Shown here piece by piece: positions 48,701 to 60,286 of a stretch of 64,000 bases of DNA (positions are counted from its first letter, which is position 1; every line of letters begins with the position of its first letter). The DNA lies in NCBI GenBank assembly GCA_027604505.1, contig JADIIX010000109.1, forward strand, positions 1 through 64,000. The letters run 5' to 3'. The translations under genes and the position numbers were made by a program. The notes under the pieces were generated by a model. It did not search any database and was not told the DNA's origin. It saw only the letters and a program-made list of their open reading frames with translations. Origin of the DNA: Gonapodya sp. JEL0774 (taxonomy: Eukaryota).

Positions 48701-51700
48701 CTTGCACACTGCTGCATATGCAGGCGACCAAGTGTTGACAAGTAGCCCCCCACAGCTCCACTTCCCCCCGACTCTGTATGAATCATTGTGGTTGATCACG
48801 TTGGTGATTGGTGTCCCAAAGGGCAGGCTGGCACTAGCTGACAGCCAAGTCCTGGATAACAGCAGGATGTCCATACAATCATCCTGGCAAAGCAATTTGA
48901 TTCGATCAGCTTTGCCGGAGATGCCATTTACATTTGCCATAAAGACCCTCATGCGTGGCTTAATGCCGGCATGGTGGTCTCCCCTGCTCCCAAGCTGGCA
49001 CCGATGCCTGCTTCAATGCTCCCCCCCATCAACCCACTGGGGGCCCTCCCTGCTCCACTCACTGCTGGCGCCACAGCCCCAGGTGCAGTGGTGCTAGTGC
49101 CCATCATTGCATCCCCCTCCTTGTCAGATGCCACCCAGTGGTAGTGCCGCCCTGCGTGTCCCAGCAGTGCATGTGGGTTCCGCAGGAGCTTCCAATACTC
49201 CACAAGGGTGGCTGCATGGATAGACTCCTATGCCCCTCTCATCACCGTCTCTTGGTACTCCTGTCCGTGACCAAGAGAACCAACATATGTCGGCCAGTCG
49301 TCCTGCGGTGATCTCAGTATCCTTTGCCTCTGAGTTCCGTGAGTGGGCTGGACAAGCAAATGGGTCTACATCACATTCAGATGCAAGAGTGAACCCCTTG
49401 GTGGTGACGGCAGTGCGCACCTCGTCCTTGTCGACGGACAGGACCACCACCATCACCACACCCCCAGGTATCAGGGTGGCCCCTGATACCTCCTTTGCAA
49501 TTCCCATTGACGCTACCAGCATTCTCAAGTGTGCCCTGTGCTCGTTGAATCTGGCAGACGTCAGTGGGAGGGCGTTCTTCGGTTTGAAGAACAGCCTCTT
49601 GAAATGGCGAGGTGGAGGACACTTGGTAAACGTCGCGGCCGAAAAAGCTGCTCGGGTTGCCAGGCCCTCCTTCTGTTTGGGCTTTATGGGGCCCTTGGGC
49701 TTGGCAGGCGTGGGGCTGGACTTGCCCACTCCTTTCTTTGCTGCACCTGCATACCCACCCCCAGTGCTCGAGCTTTGGCCTCCCTGGGCCCCATGCCCAG
49801 AGGCTGTGCCTCCCTTGTTCGACTCCTCTGTGCGCTTCTGTGCTGAGCCGCTGTGTGTTTGTAGCACTGGCTCCAGGGGTGGGTGGGGTCGATGTCCCCC
49901 CCCTGCACTGGTTGTCGGTGCACCTGTCGTTGCTCCGCTCGATGTCAAGCCACCTGTTCCCTTCCCCTGCCTTGTTGCACCTCCGCTAGCAGGGCTGCGC
50001 ACGGGGTTGTCCCCCGGGACCTGTCTGCCACCAACCCACCGGCCTTTTCTCCTTCCAGTCACCTGCCACGCACCCGACGCTTCGGGGGCAGCTCCCGCAA
50101 CCTCGGACCCTTCCCCGCGTATGTTGGGTTGGGCCCGAGTGTTAAGCGCTGCATCGCCTGCCCCGGTGGGGTCTCCAGGTGCTTCTGCCAGTGGGTGTCC
50201 TAACTCACCCCCTCTGGCCAGCGCCCCCGACTCCGCTTGCAACTTTTGACCACCGTCAGACTTCCCCCTAGAGGGTTCGTTTCTTCCGTGGCCAATGGTT
50301 GCATCTGTCGCTGCTGGGGTCCGAAGATCCCCGTTGGTGAGTGGGGTGGCAGAGGCATCCCCTTTCTCCATCATCCCATCCCATCCCATTCGCACCCCCA
50401 TGTGTCCCAGCAATGTGGGCGGTGCGTTGGACGTTGTTGCTCTGGCTGTGGGCTCGTCCCGCCCTCCGTCTCTCTCCATCTCCATCCCGTCCCCCATGAA
50501 GTCGTCGGCATCATACGGCAGGAACCCATCGCTCGCTGGGACCCTGTCGTCTCGTCTCTTCTCCATTCTCGCCACTCGGAGCTCGAGTGCTCGGCACTCA
50601 ATCTCCGACCGCACGAGCTGCAGTCGGGTGTCTGCGAGCTCTCCCTGGAGCCTGGCCACCTCCTCTTTGAGGTCAGCCACTGTTGGAGGAGCACGACTGC
50701 TCCCTCCCACTCCTCCATCCACGCTACGCGCTTCAGGGGTCTGCAGGACTGGGGGTAACGGCTTGGGGTCGGTAGTGGGACAGTGGCCAGCTGTCTGCCC
50801 CTCTCCCCACCCATCACCTCCAGCCAACGGCTCCAGCGGTCCTGTGGGTTGGGTTTCCACGCCTAGGGGTCCCTCAAATCCCTTGAGCGCTCCGCCCAGA
50901 GTCAGGACAAAGTTGAACCGGTCCAATGTGGGCATTGACGTACCCAACATTGGAGCTGGGTTCCGCTTCTTCCTCTTCGCAGCCGGCTTTGAGATCCCCG
51001 CGTTTGGCGGCTTCCCCGAGCTTGGCCGCGATGGGACTCCGCCTCGAAAGGCCTTGTCCCTACTCGCCCACCCTGCGCATTCCTCCGCGCACGTCGGTGT
51101 CTTCTGCAGTGCTTCCGACATATTGAATGTCTTCTTGCACTCCTCACACTTCAACCGCAGGGGCATGGCATCCTTGCCCTGCATCTTGCGGCTACCGGTT
51201 GACCGGCTCTTCAGGTTGGTGGATTGCCAGTGGGGACACCGAGCGGTCCCCTCCACCCGATTCCACATTCCACGCTCCATGGCCTTATAGGCATAAGGCC
51301 TCGGCTTGGACTCGCGACTCCTGGCTCGCGTCGCCTTCGCCGTCCAGAGCGATGAAATGCGCGGGGGGCAACCCCGCAGTCCCCGACCGTTTGCCCCCGG
51401 GGGTCCCCGGCACCATCTCCTAGTCGCCTTTGCAATCCTCAGGCTGCGGTATTCCACTCGGCACGAAGCCCTCCTTGGCTTTTGTTGTCCACTGTGCGCT
51501 TTGGGGCTGGGCCAAGGGGGAGACCACTCTTTCTCCCAGTCGCTCCTCTGCCCCCATTGCAACCCCGCTGCGGGACCCACACTGCCCGACTCCCTCAGCT
51601 CCCCTATCTCACCATCGGATGGGGAGTCTGAAGAGTGGATTTCAGACCCGTATCCCTCTTCCTCGTCCCTTGTGGCCAACTGGCTGTCGTTGTCACTTAG

Positions 51701-51790
51701 TGCCGGTTCACTTGTATGACGATGTTTCTTCACCCCGCCTGGGATCGGCGAGGAGAGAATGATGGCGCTTTCGGTCCTGGCCATCACTTG
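45760..51790 (-). mobile_element. Non-LTR retrotransposon (LINE): ORF1 49124-51787 and frameshifted ORF2 (APE endonuclease + RT)
   Basis: APE start MRVFMANVNG...DILLLSRTW and GGSDHCPL. RT motifs KAWGAD, PVWKRKG, PISLTC, LDLKAAYDKV, GLFQGSSLSPILFNFFI, LLFADD, YLGFPF. C-terminal CINCDD...RDHVIE zinc-finger remnant. Confidence 0.92.
49124..51787 (-). CDS. LINE ORF1 (gag-like), 887 aa open, with zinc-ribbon-like motif and coiled coil
   Basis: CPHW...LKCEECKKTF motif and coiled coil DLKEEVARLQGELADTRLQL. Lies directly 5' of the APE-RT ORF. Confidence 0.65.
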   Translation of the reverse strand: MMARTESAIILSSPIPGGVKKHRHTSEPALSDNDSQLATRDEEEGYGSEIHSSDSPSDGEIGELRESGSVGPAAGLQWGQRSDWEKEWSPPWPSPKAHSGQQKPRRASCRVEYRSLRIAKATRRWCRGPPGANGRGLRGCPPRISSLWTAKATRARSRESKPRPYAYKAMERGMWNRVEGTARCPHWQSTNLKSRSTGSRKMQGKDAMPLRLKCEECKKTFNMSEALQKTPTCAEECAGWASRDKAFRGGVPSRPSSGKPPNAGISKPAAKRKKRNPAPMLGTSMPTLDRFNFVLTLGGALKGFEGPLGVETQPTGPLEPLAGGDGWGEGQTAGHCPTTDPKPLPPVLQTPEARSVDGGVGGSSRAPPTVADLKEEVARLQGELADTRLQLVRSEIECRALELRVARMEKRRDDRVPASDGFLPYDADDFMGDGMEMERDGGRDEPTARATTSNAPPTLLGHMGVRMGWDGMMEKGDASATPLTNGDLRTPAATDATIGHGRNEPSRGKSDGGQKLQAESGALARGGELGHPLAEAPGDPTGAGDAALNTRAQPNIRGEGSEVAGAAPEASGAWQVTGRRKGRWVGGRQVPGDNPVRSPASGGATRQGKGTGGLTSSGATTGAPTTSAGGGHRPHPPLEPVLQTHSGSAQKRTEESNKGGTASGHGAQGGQSSSTGGGYAGAAKKGVGKSSPTPAKPKGPIKPKQKEGLATRAAFSAATFTKCPPPRHFKRLFFKPKNALPLTSARFNEHRAHLRMLVASMGIAKEVSGATLIPGGVVMVVVLSVDKDEVRTAVTTKGFTLASECDVDPFACPAHSRNSEAKDTEITAGRLADICWFSWSRTGVPRDGDERGIGVYPCSHPCGVLEAPAEPTCTAGTRRAALPLGGI

Positions 51791-52739
51791 ACTTGACTGA
51801 TGGGGTTTTGATGCCCCAGTTGGAATTGTCGGTTTTAGGTTTGCGCAGGTGTGACTGCCCGTTTTATAATCCCTAGCGGTCCCCCAGCGGTAAGCTCTAT
51901 GTCAACCTGGTGACACAAATCACCATTCAATTCATGGTGTTCAAATTGCGGGGTGGGTGGTGGACTGCGGTGAAATAAATTAGGGTTGGTAAATAGTGGT
52001 GAACTGTCCAACTGAAGCAGTGAACCACATTTAATACCAATCTTGGCTGTGAAGTGTTCAACTTCAGTTGAATGTGGTTGAATACCTTTGTTGGTTTCCT
52101 GATCCTTATTGATTGCTGGGAGTCCCTGTTTGGTGTGCCAGTACTCTGAGTGAAGGTACCTTACTGTCAAACCTTACTAATACAACACACCTGTCTTAAT
52201 ATTTGATTACAAAGCTCCCACATCCCAAAACCCTGGTCTTTGGGAATCAACACAACCACTTGGTATGTTCCCAAGCAGTTGTTTAACACAAACATCCCAC
52301 TGTCTCACTTACAACCTCCAGGTTAGATGGGAAGAGAACAAGACTGGGAACTCTCCATTTCTGTATACACCAACAAGTTTGGCTCATTGTCCATTGAATT
52401 TAGAGCAGGTGCCACAGTCAAACTTATCAGTGAACACATTGGCAAAACCTGTACCTACTCAACAACAGCAGCAACTACTGACACTGGTAAGCAGATGGTT
52501 CCATTGTTGTTGATGAACAGAGATATGTGGTTGCCAGTTCAAATCCTGTAGTGAAACACTCACAAGAAAATTCATAGGAAAGCCCGGAGTTGCTCAGAAG
52601 ATCCACAAACTGAGAGCACAGTCTCATGATGACATAGTGGGCTCAGTTGCTCCAACAACAACAATGGTGCAGAAACATTCACACCAACAGTCACCTCAAT
52701 TTCAGATTCAGAAACCAAAGACATAGCAAAGAAAGTAGG

Positions 52740-55700
52740 ACTTAGTGTCCCACTGGATGACAGGGTCAAGCAGGTCATACAGAAGGAGTCCATCCTGCTT
52801 TGGCAGGCAGCCTCCCTACTTGGCACTCTGCAGTCAGCTCACAATGCCCTGTTGTACGTGTAGCTACAAGCTCGACTCTGCTTCAGGCTTACAACTGTAT
52901 CCCCACGCAGCGACACAACTTGTTCAAGGGCTCTTGGAACAAGCTGATGGTCCTCTCCCCAGCCATATGTCAGTTCCTACAGGAGCTCCTACAGAACTTG
53001 CACCAGTGGAATGGTGTCCGCTTTCTCCCACCCAAGGTAGACTTGGTGATGACATCTGACGCCTCGGAAACAGGTCCCGGAGCGAACTTTTGCGCAGCAC
53101 CAGCACCCCCCTCAGTTTCGACGACTACGTCTAAGGGGGACCAGCTCATTCACACATCAGCCTGCTGGTCAGCCAGCCTTCTCATTTGGCACCTTCACAC
53201 TCTGTACACCCCAGCGGTGATCCAGACCTGGTTCTCCAACCTGTCCATCCTGCTCACAGAGTTCATTCGCATCCAAGTCCTGGAGGCCATTTCCTCCTTC
53301 CTTGGACTGAAGGCATTCGTGCGCAAAACTCTCTTGCAGGGGAAGACAATCCTCCTGCCCACCGACAACACTGCTTCTGCCTACACCATGGCCAAGCGAG
53401 GTCAGTCGCTCAGCCCAGCACTTTCCATGGTGGTCAGTTAGTTGCTGGATTTGGTGCATTCCCACAGAGCAACTCTGTTTGTGGAGCACATCCCCGGATT
53501 GCTGAACACATTGGCGGTAAGTGTAGCTGTGTTAGCTCAGTTGCTATCCATGCTGTCCTGCGTTTCCCCTGTGCCAGGACTGACTTTGTCATCTCCAGGA
53601 TCACGACTCCCGTCTCAAGAGAGATACCCACAGCTAGAAGTTCAACCTGCGTGTGTTCCAGTCTCTCAACAGAGTGTGGGGTCCTCACTCAGTTGACCTC
53701 TTTGCCTTGGCCCTGAGTTGCCGGATCCCAACCTTCCGCAGTTGAGGTCCAGATCCTGAAGCGTTTGCCGCACACGCCTTCTCGATCCTTTGGGACGCCC
53801 TGTCCAACCTCTCCCTCAATCCCCCGTGGGTGCTCATCCCCCGGATAGTGAAGAAGCTGGTCTTCAACAGGGGTACGGCGACTCTCATTGCTCCGTGGTT
53901 GCTGTCGCAAGCCTGGTGGCTCACGATCGACTCACCCAGTCGGATCCCAGAGATTCCTCATCTGATGACGTTTTATCAGAGTCTGACAGCAGACAGCTGC
54001 CCTGTCTCCGTTCCGCCCCAAGGAAGAATGCTTGCATGGAGGCTATGCAATGACGATGGGAAGTGGCAGGTGTACCTCTGCTCGTTGCCCAAGGTGTCAC
54101 AAAGCACAGAGCAACAAAGTCAGAGGTGACAACTGCAGGTCCCTTCAACAATCTACAGTGGTCTCAATCCCTAGCTGGTTTGTCTACAACAACTACCGCT
54201 TGAAGAAGGCTGTGTCAGGGAAGAAAGCAGATGGCTGGAGTCACTCCACTCAGCAAAAGTACCTATCCGCCCTTTGCATGACCCAACATCATCCGCTACA
54301 TTGGTCAACCACCCGCTGCTTATGGAGCTACAGCGCGTGACTCCCACTGTCATACCTGGTCGGAATGCGCACAACATGGAGCACATGTTCAGTCCAATGT
54401 ACGTACTTTTGTACATTGATCATTTCAACATCGACTTATCTTTGCCAATCCTGAGCAACAACAAAGTGAATCCCTTACAGCTCCAACTGCAGCTGATTAT
54501 CCTCTTTGTCCTTCTGGACATCTGACAGCAAGCCAACCTTGTGCACATTCTCTCCAACCGGTGCAGCACAGCGCTCATGCAGACAAGGTTTCACTCTTCT
54601 TCTCTGAACTGAAGAAGCAAGAGAAGGGCTCACATGTGATCACCTATGCAGTCAATCCCACTCTGCCCCCTCTTCGCAATCTTTGCAATGTTCTCCCCAC
54701 CCACCTCCAAAACCTGCCCCAATTTGGGGACCCCAACCAGGAGTCTTTGGTGCTAATACACTGCAAGTTGTCGGATGGGACTGGCTCTCTGACCACCCCA
54801 GCCGCCACACCCAACACCATCCTATCATGGATCCAAAAATTGGTCCTTGCACCTGCAGGATTCCCTGAATTCAACAGGTACGCACTGGTAAAGGCTGCGG
54901 CAACTTCGGTACAAACTCGCAGTGCCTCAGGTCAAGAGCCATTCGTCACACGATGGAAGTCTAAGTTTGTCGCATTCCGCCACTATGTCAAGAGTTGCGC
55001 GTGCATCTGGCCTCCAGTACACTTGCGGGACAATAAGGATGAACTTCACAGTAAGTTCTTTGTCAGAGTTGTTCCAGCTCACATGACCCTTATTCTTTGG
55101 GAGGTTGCATGACCCCCTTCTCTTTGTCCTAATCAAAGGACAAAGTTTTGCTGAGCGAAAGCAAAGCGGGGCTTCATTCTCTTGATTTTAAGAAGTGAAG
55201 GGTGTCATGCAAGCTGTCCCACCTGCCCTGCCGCACACTCTGAGACAGCTTGCTTCCTTTCAGATCTTCTGAACGGCGGTAAGACGATAGCAAGTGCCAA
55301 GGTGTTTGTGCACTCAAAGCCCAGAGTCAACCCCACCCTTGGCCCTGGTACCACCTCTGCTCTTTCGAGCCGAACACTTTGTCCCTCCAGAGTTGCTGAG
55401 AGCAACCATGACAAGGATCCTAGCGATTCAAGTTTGTGAGTGTATCTCTGCTTGCTTTGCTGCATAACCTGACGTTATGACTTCAGGGTCCAAAGTTAGG
55501 TTGAGATTCCCATACGGAAGGGTCGATACTGACTATCATAGCTAGTGTCTTGCTGTATCTACCTGAGTTGGAACATACCTAGGTCTTTGAACCATATCTA
55601 CCACAGATTGGTTGCTCACCCCATGCCAGATGTGTGCTCATTTCTTACTCCTGCATTTGCAGGAGTCTCCTTTTCTAGGTGAAGGGTAGGCTCTCCCGAC

Positions 55701-56065
55701 ACCAGGTGGTGAACATCAAATCAGCAGTCATACTGTTTGATGCTCTTGGTCAACTGGTCATCATTCCTGTAACGCCTCTCTTTCCAAGCCTGCGGCTTGT
55801 GTCTCACAGGCCCAGTCAGGAATAAATGACCGAGTGGGGAGGTCTCTTTTGTTTTTCACTATGTGCACTAAGCTGTGCACACAACCGTGATTTTGCCATA
55901 CACTTTGTGTGTTGCAAACACAAACCATCAACTCACCCTCTTGTGAGTTTTTTCCAACACGAGTGGGGCCCGGCAACTATTGCCGAGCAGCTCACATGAC
56001 CCCCTTCACTTCTTAAAATCAAAAGAATGAAGCCCCACTTCACCTTTGCTCAGCGAAACTTCGTC
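52740..56065 (+). mobile_element. 5'-truncated, decayed DIRS-like tyrosine-recombinase retrotransposon (RT thumb - RNase H - N6-adenine MTase - YR - terminal repeat)
   Basis: QAASLLGTLQSA (RT thumb); QWNG..VMTSDASETG, LLPTDNTAS, EHIPGLLNTLA (DIRS-type RNase H); WGPHSVDLFA...NPPWVLIPRIVKKL...LIAPW...QAWW (MTase); YR remnants DI*QQANL, KAAATS, RWKS..FRHY. Inverted repeat 55139-55216 / 55988-56065. Confidence 0.85.
55139..56065. repeat. Inverted repeat pair 55139-55216 and 55988-56065 (candidate DIRS internal complementary region and right terminus)
   Basis: GGGGCTTCATTCTCTTGATTTTAAGAAGTGAAGGGG is the near-perfect reverse complement of CCCCTTCACTTCTTAAAATCAAAAGAATGAAGCCCC, and the flanks also pair. 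Confidence 0.85.
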
Positions 56066-58254
56066 ATGTGCAATGATGCAACCAAGGGATCACGACGTGT
56101 AGCAGTATATTCAATGTCCATTGCAAAAGAGGAAGGGGGAGAAAAGGGACACAGAAGTTGACACCATGAAGTGATGTGAGTTGTAATGATAGGGGACAGT
56201 TCTTGCATTTTCAAATCATTGCCACAATGGCTTTTCCCTCTCCCCTAGCAAAAAAGAGCTTCATCCTTCCAATCATTTCCCTTTTTCCAGTCAAGTCAGA
56301 GATTTGGTGTTGTTCTTCTCAGTGGCTCTGGAAGGATCTGTGAGGTTGTTCATGAATGGGGTGGTTGCAAGATGAAAATGCAAGCACTCTAATCAGCAGG
56401 AGAAGCATATGTAGCCAATATATAAAGTATCAATTGTAGTAATTAATAGAAAGCAAAATTGGATTAAATTGTTTGTTTTGCCACAGTTGAATTCAGATCC
56501 TCAAATTTTCCTGCACAGCAGATATCGACGTCTCTGCAGCTTCCTGCATTCCAGCTAGCAAAAGGTACTCTTGTTGAAAATCAAACGCAAAAGTCCTCAG
56601 CATTGCAGTCATTTTTATGGCTTTGACAAACCCAAACAACTGGGTGAATGTGATTAAGAGAAAATGGCAACATCAACTGGAAGACTCCTGGCAAAGTTAT
56701 TACTGTACTGATCTCAGCTGCACAACTCAAACACCAGCTTGCACCTTTGTGAACACTCTTTGGCCACCTGACAAGATGGTGAGTTGTCAAGTGCCTTCAC
56801 AAATAGCAGCTTCAACTTCAAGGAACAGACCATGTTTCCAGCCATCGTCTTCCCACAAACTGAACTGCCGCAAGAATTGATGTAGAGCAGGGGTTTGTCT
56901 AAAGAAGAAGGGAGTGTTCCTAGAGGGCACAGGGTGGAAGGTGCCCAATGGGCGGGTGCAGGAGGCATGGAGAGTGGTATGGGAGATTGAACAACAAATT
57001 GGGAGCTTTGAGGTGGGAGACATCCAAAAGCAGGATGTCTCTTTGATGTGGAAAGTGTGCCAGGAGGGACAGATGCCACTGGAGGTGGCAAGGAGTTCCT
57101 TGCAGTACCTTGATTTGGTTCTACACCATGGTGAGTTGTTACAAGGTACCAAGAGTAGTTATCATAATAAAATGTTAAGATAGTCATTGCCTTAAGATCT
57201 GCCACATGTGCTTTCAATGACCTGGTACCTCACTCTAAAGACAGTTTTACAAGTCATGTCAGAACATTCCAAAGTTGTCAAAGTCAAGTTCCAAACTCAT
57301 CTCTGCAACAGCAATCACTCTTTCTGCATCTACACGCCCTCATTGCCAGAGTGCTTTCATGATAGTGTTGTCCTTTGTCTTGCCAACATTGCATTTGCAC
57401 ATATTTTTATTGATAATGTCACATGTCTGCTTGGAAAGATGAGGGGAGCTCTTCTCCAACGTTTCATTCTGCACCACACTCTTTCTTCTTGATGCCTGGT
57501 CTCTTCAACTGGGGGTAGGGGCAGCAGTGTCGAGGCAAAAATGAAAGGATTCAGCCTCCCACAGTCAACTTTCTGTGTCAGCACCATATATTGTGTGACC
57601 CATTTCCTGTCTCTTGACCGATCCCCATTCCAATACATCTGCTGTTTTGGCACAAGAAAAGCTGTCCAGAGCATTGGGCATGATTGACATTTCTACTTTG
57701 TTCATCCCCAGCTGCAGTTTCAACTGCTTCCCTGGGTTTCGCCAATGTATGTAGAACAGTCTACCTCTGTACTGAGAGACCCAAAAAGAATTAGTCATTG
57801 GTACGCCTTGCTTTTGTAGTGCCCAGGCTGTGGCAGATCTCAGTGTCAGAGTTGAATGGGTGAGTGGGAAGTGTGACAAGGACAACCCTGCAGGGGACAG
57901 TAGGCCACTTTCACGCACTTCATTGGACATTTTGTTGTGGATAATGTTTACTATGAGACCTGCATTATTTGGTAATTTCTATGTGTGGTACTGATTTCTG
58001 AGTGTTATGGGGTTCAAGGCAAAATGACTCTCTATATTGGCTGGTTCATTTAATAACCATCATTCTGAACCAAAAAAAAAAAAAATAGCATAGTAGTTGA
58101 GAGGATCCCTGGTTGCCCCACTAACTGCAGCTCCCCTCGGAATTTAAAATGGACCTGCAGAATGCAGACAGGGCACATTTGCAGTTGGTGAGCCTGCAGA
58201 TTGCGGGACTTGTGTTTACAACTTGCAACAAAAATCTGAAGAAACGCCAGAGTC

Positions 58255-58260
58255 AAAAAA
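58255..58260 (-). terminator. RNA polymerase III oligo-T terminator of tRNA-Ala
   Basis: AAAAAA on the plus strand, immediately 3' of the tRNA on the minus strand. Confidence 0.8.
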
Positions 58261-58333
58261 TGGAGCTGCGGGGGATCGAACCCCGTACCTCGTGCATGCT
58301 AAGCACGCGCTCTGCCATCTGAGCTACAACCCC
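58261..58333 (-). tRNA. tRNA-Ala (anticodon AGC), intronless
   Basis: GGGGTTGTAGCTCAGATGGCAGAGCGCGTGCTTAGCATGCACGAGGTACGGGGTTCGATCCCCCGCAGCTCCA folds into a full cloverleaf with the G3:U70 alanine identity pair. Followed by a T6 Pol III terminator. Confidence 0.96.
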
Positions 58334-58824
58334 TGCGCATGTCTTATGCTTCTTTTGTTAAACTATTTATATATATTTTATTACAAGTCTAGCCCTGGTG
58401 GTTCAGGTTCTTTCCCACTCAGTCATCCTTCGCACTCTCTGCGTGTATTGGGGGCATAAGCAGCTGAAAGTCCTTTTCTCCTACAATTTCGGCTCGAAAG
58501 AATAAACACTATTTGTCTGTCTTTCAAGTGTGCTCTCCATCTGTCTTCCCCTAGGTTAAATCACACATTCAGGGGTAAAATAAAATTATACAAAGTGCAC
58601 ATCGTCAAGAGTTAAAGGCAAAACGCTTCTTTGTCTTGTTGAGTTTGATGGCCACAGATTCCCACGATTCTCACGCAGTGCCATGCTCTGTGGCGACACA
58701 CCTGTCCCTTGGCAGATTCCACCAAGCCTCATACTCACACTCTTTTCCCTTTGTTTCCCATTGAATTCACATTCCTTGACCCTTTTTGCTGCTAATGCTT
58801 GAAATGAGCTCGCTCTTTGCTTCC

Positions 58825-58896
58825 ATCAATGACTGAATCCCTGGCATGGGATCCTGGAAGATCAATGACCAAATCCCTGGCATTGGATCCTGGAAG
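58825..58896 (+). repeat. 36-bp tandem duplication ATCAATGACYRAATCCCTGGCATKGGATCCTGGAAG x2
   Basis: Directly visible; three mismatches between the copies. Confidence 0.85.
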
Positions 58897-60286
58897 CGAG
58901 AAGAATGGAGGACACTGCCTCAGAACAGATGAACGACCTCTTGGACAACCTACGCCCACACGCTCACTCACAGCTTTTGTGTGCTGCAGCTGATGGAAAG
59001 GTTCAGGACAAGTTTTGCAGGTGCTGGTCTCACACCCAGGACAGGGAGGGAGACGACCCAACAACTAACACGCAACTTCTCCACAAACGGCTGGTTGCAC
59101 TGGAAGAAGACAGCGGCAACATTGCAAAACCAGTTCCCTGGGAGGTTGTGGAGACGTTTCTTGTGCCCCAGGCGTCGTGGCTGCTGGACTTGGCCCTCGC
59201 CACGACCCCATAAAATGCCCTCCAAATTCCCACTGTCACATTTCAGCTGGAGACCGAGGTCTCTGAGTCAATCAATCTTTTCCACTGTGAACTGCATTTT
59301 TTGGGTCTGGAACGGTGTGTTGAGAGTGTGCTTGCTCCACTGCAATCCGCAGCCTTGGTATCTTGGTATACTATGAAATATGATTTCAAATCATATGTAA
59401 ATACGTGAGTGTAGAGTCAAAAATTGCTTCCTATTTGTGTCTCCATTCATGTCTATTTTACATAGAAACAACAACATAATCTCATACTGCACTTTCTACA
59501 TCCGACAACATTCGGTACAATTTGCGAAAGCTGAAGATGATATCAAAAGATACATTGACTGGTACCCAGCAGACTCACTGTTTGCAGTTGCGATGTCCCA
59601 CACCATCGCACCACCAGTAATCTCATTGCCAAGTCACAAGACCAAAGAGTTGGGTGGGCACTTTCATTTTTGGTATGCGGGAATGCTGAGCAAGACAGAT
59701 GGCGAAACGCAGGGAGAACGAGACTTGGATGCTCACTGATGAGTTCAGTGTGTCAACCTGTTGCAACTGATTTTCAACTGAACCACATCTGGCAGGGATG
59801 CAGGATCTCAATCTGAGTGTGGATGTTTGGCCGTTGGTGACAAAGAAACAAGCCCAAATTTTGATGAGGATGAGCAGACCATGTGGTGTGCAAGTGATGT
59901 GAACATAGTGTAGTGGGGCTGACACTGGAGACATGAGACGGAGTGGAACTGAAGAAGCGGTGGTAGTGATGTCTATTGTGTTCGCTAGGGGCTGTGCCTA
60001 CGTAGGACGCTGGGGCCTGGTACTGAGGCCCAACAAAAACCTCACAAAGGGAAAAAAGTAAACGCTTCCAAGGCATACCCAATGCCGTCTTGCATAGCAG
60101 GTAGGGAAAATTAAACCTCCCAAGCACACCCAATGCTTCATTGTTGGGGAAAAATAGAAACCCCCATGAAAGAAAAAAATAAACCTTTCCTCGAGACGAA
60201 CCCATCTTCCGCTGTACACATCTGTACAACCTGAAGGAAAATTCCAAAAACCTTCACAGGGAAACTGAGAAAACCCTGTTGGCTTG

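Noticed and set aside
49230..51290. Two long plus-strand ORFs (339 and 331 aa) antisense to LINE ORF1
   Set aside because: Shadow ORFs expected in GC-rich coding DNA; low-complexity, no motifs.
59700..59790. Possible hammerhead ribozyme (CGAAA ... CTGATGAG)
   Set aside because: Core words are present, but stems I and III and the NUH cleavage site cannot be formed convincingly.
59850..60286. 3' LTR and PPT of the second Gypsy element
   Set aside because: No clear PPT followed by TG...CA could be defined, and the 5' LTR lies outside the window.
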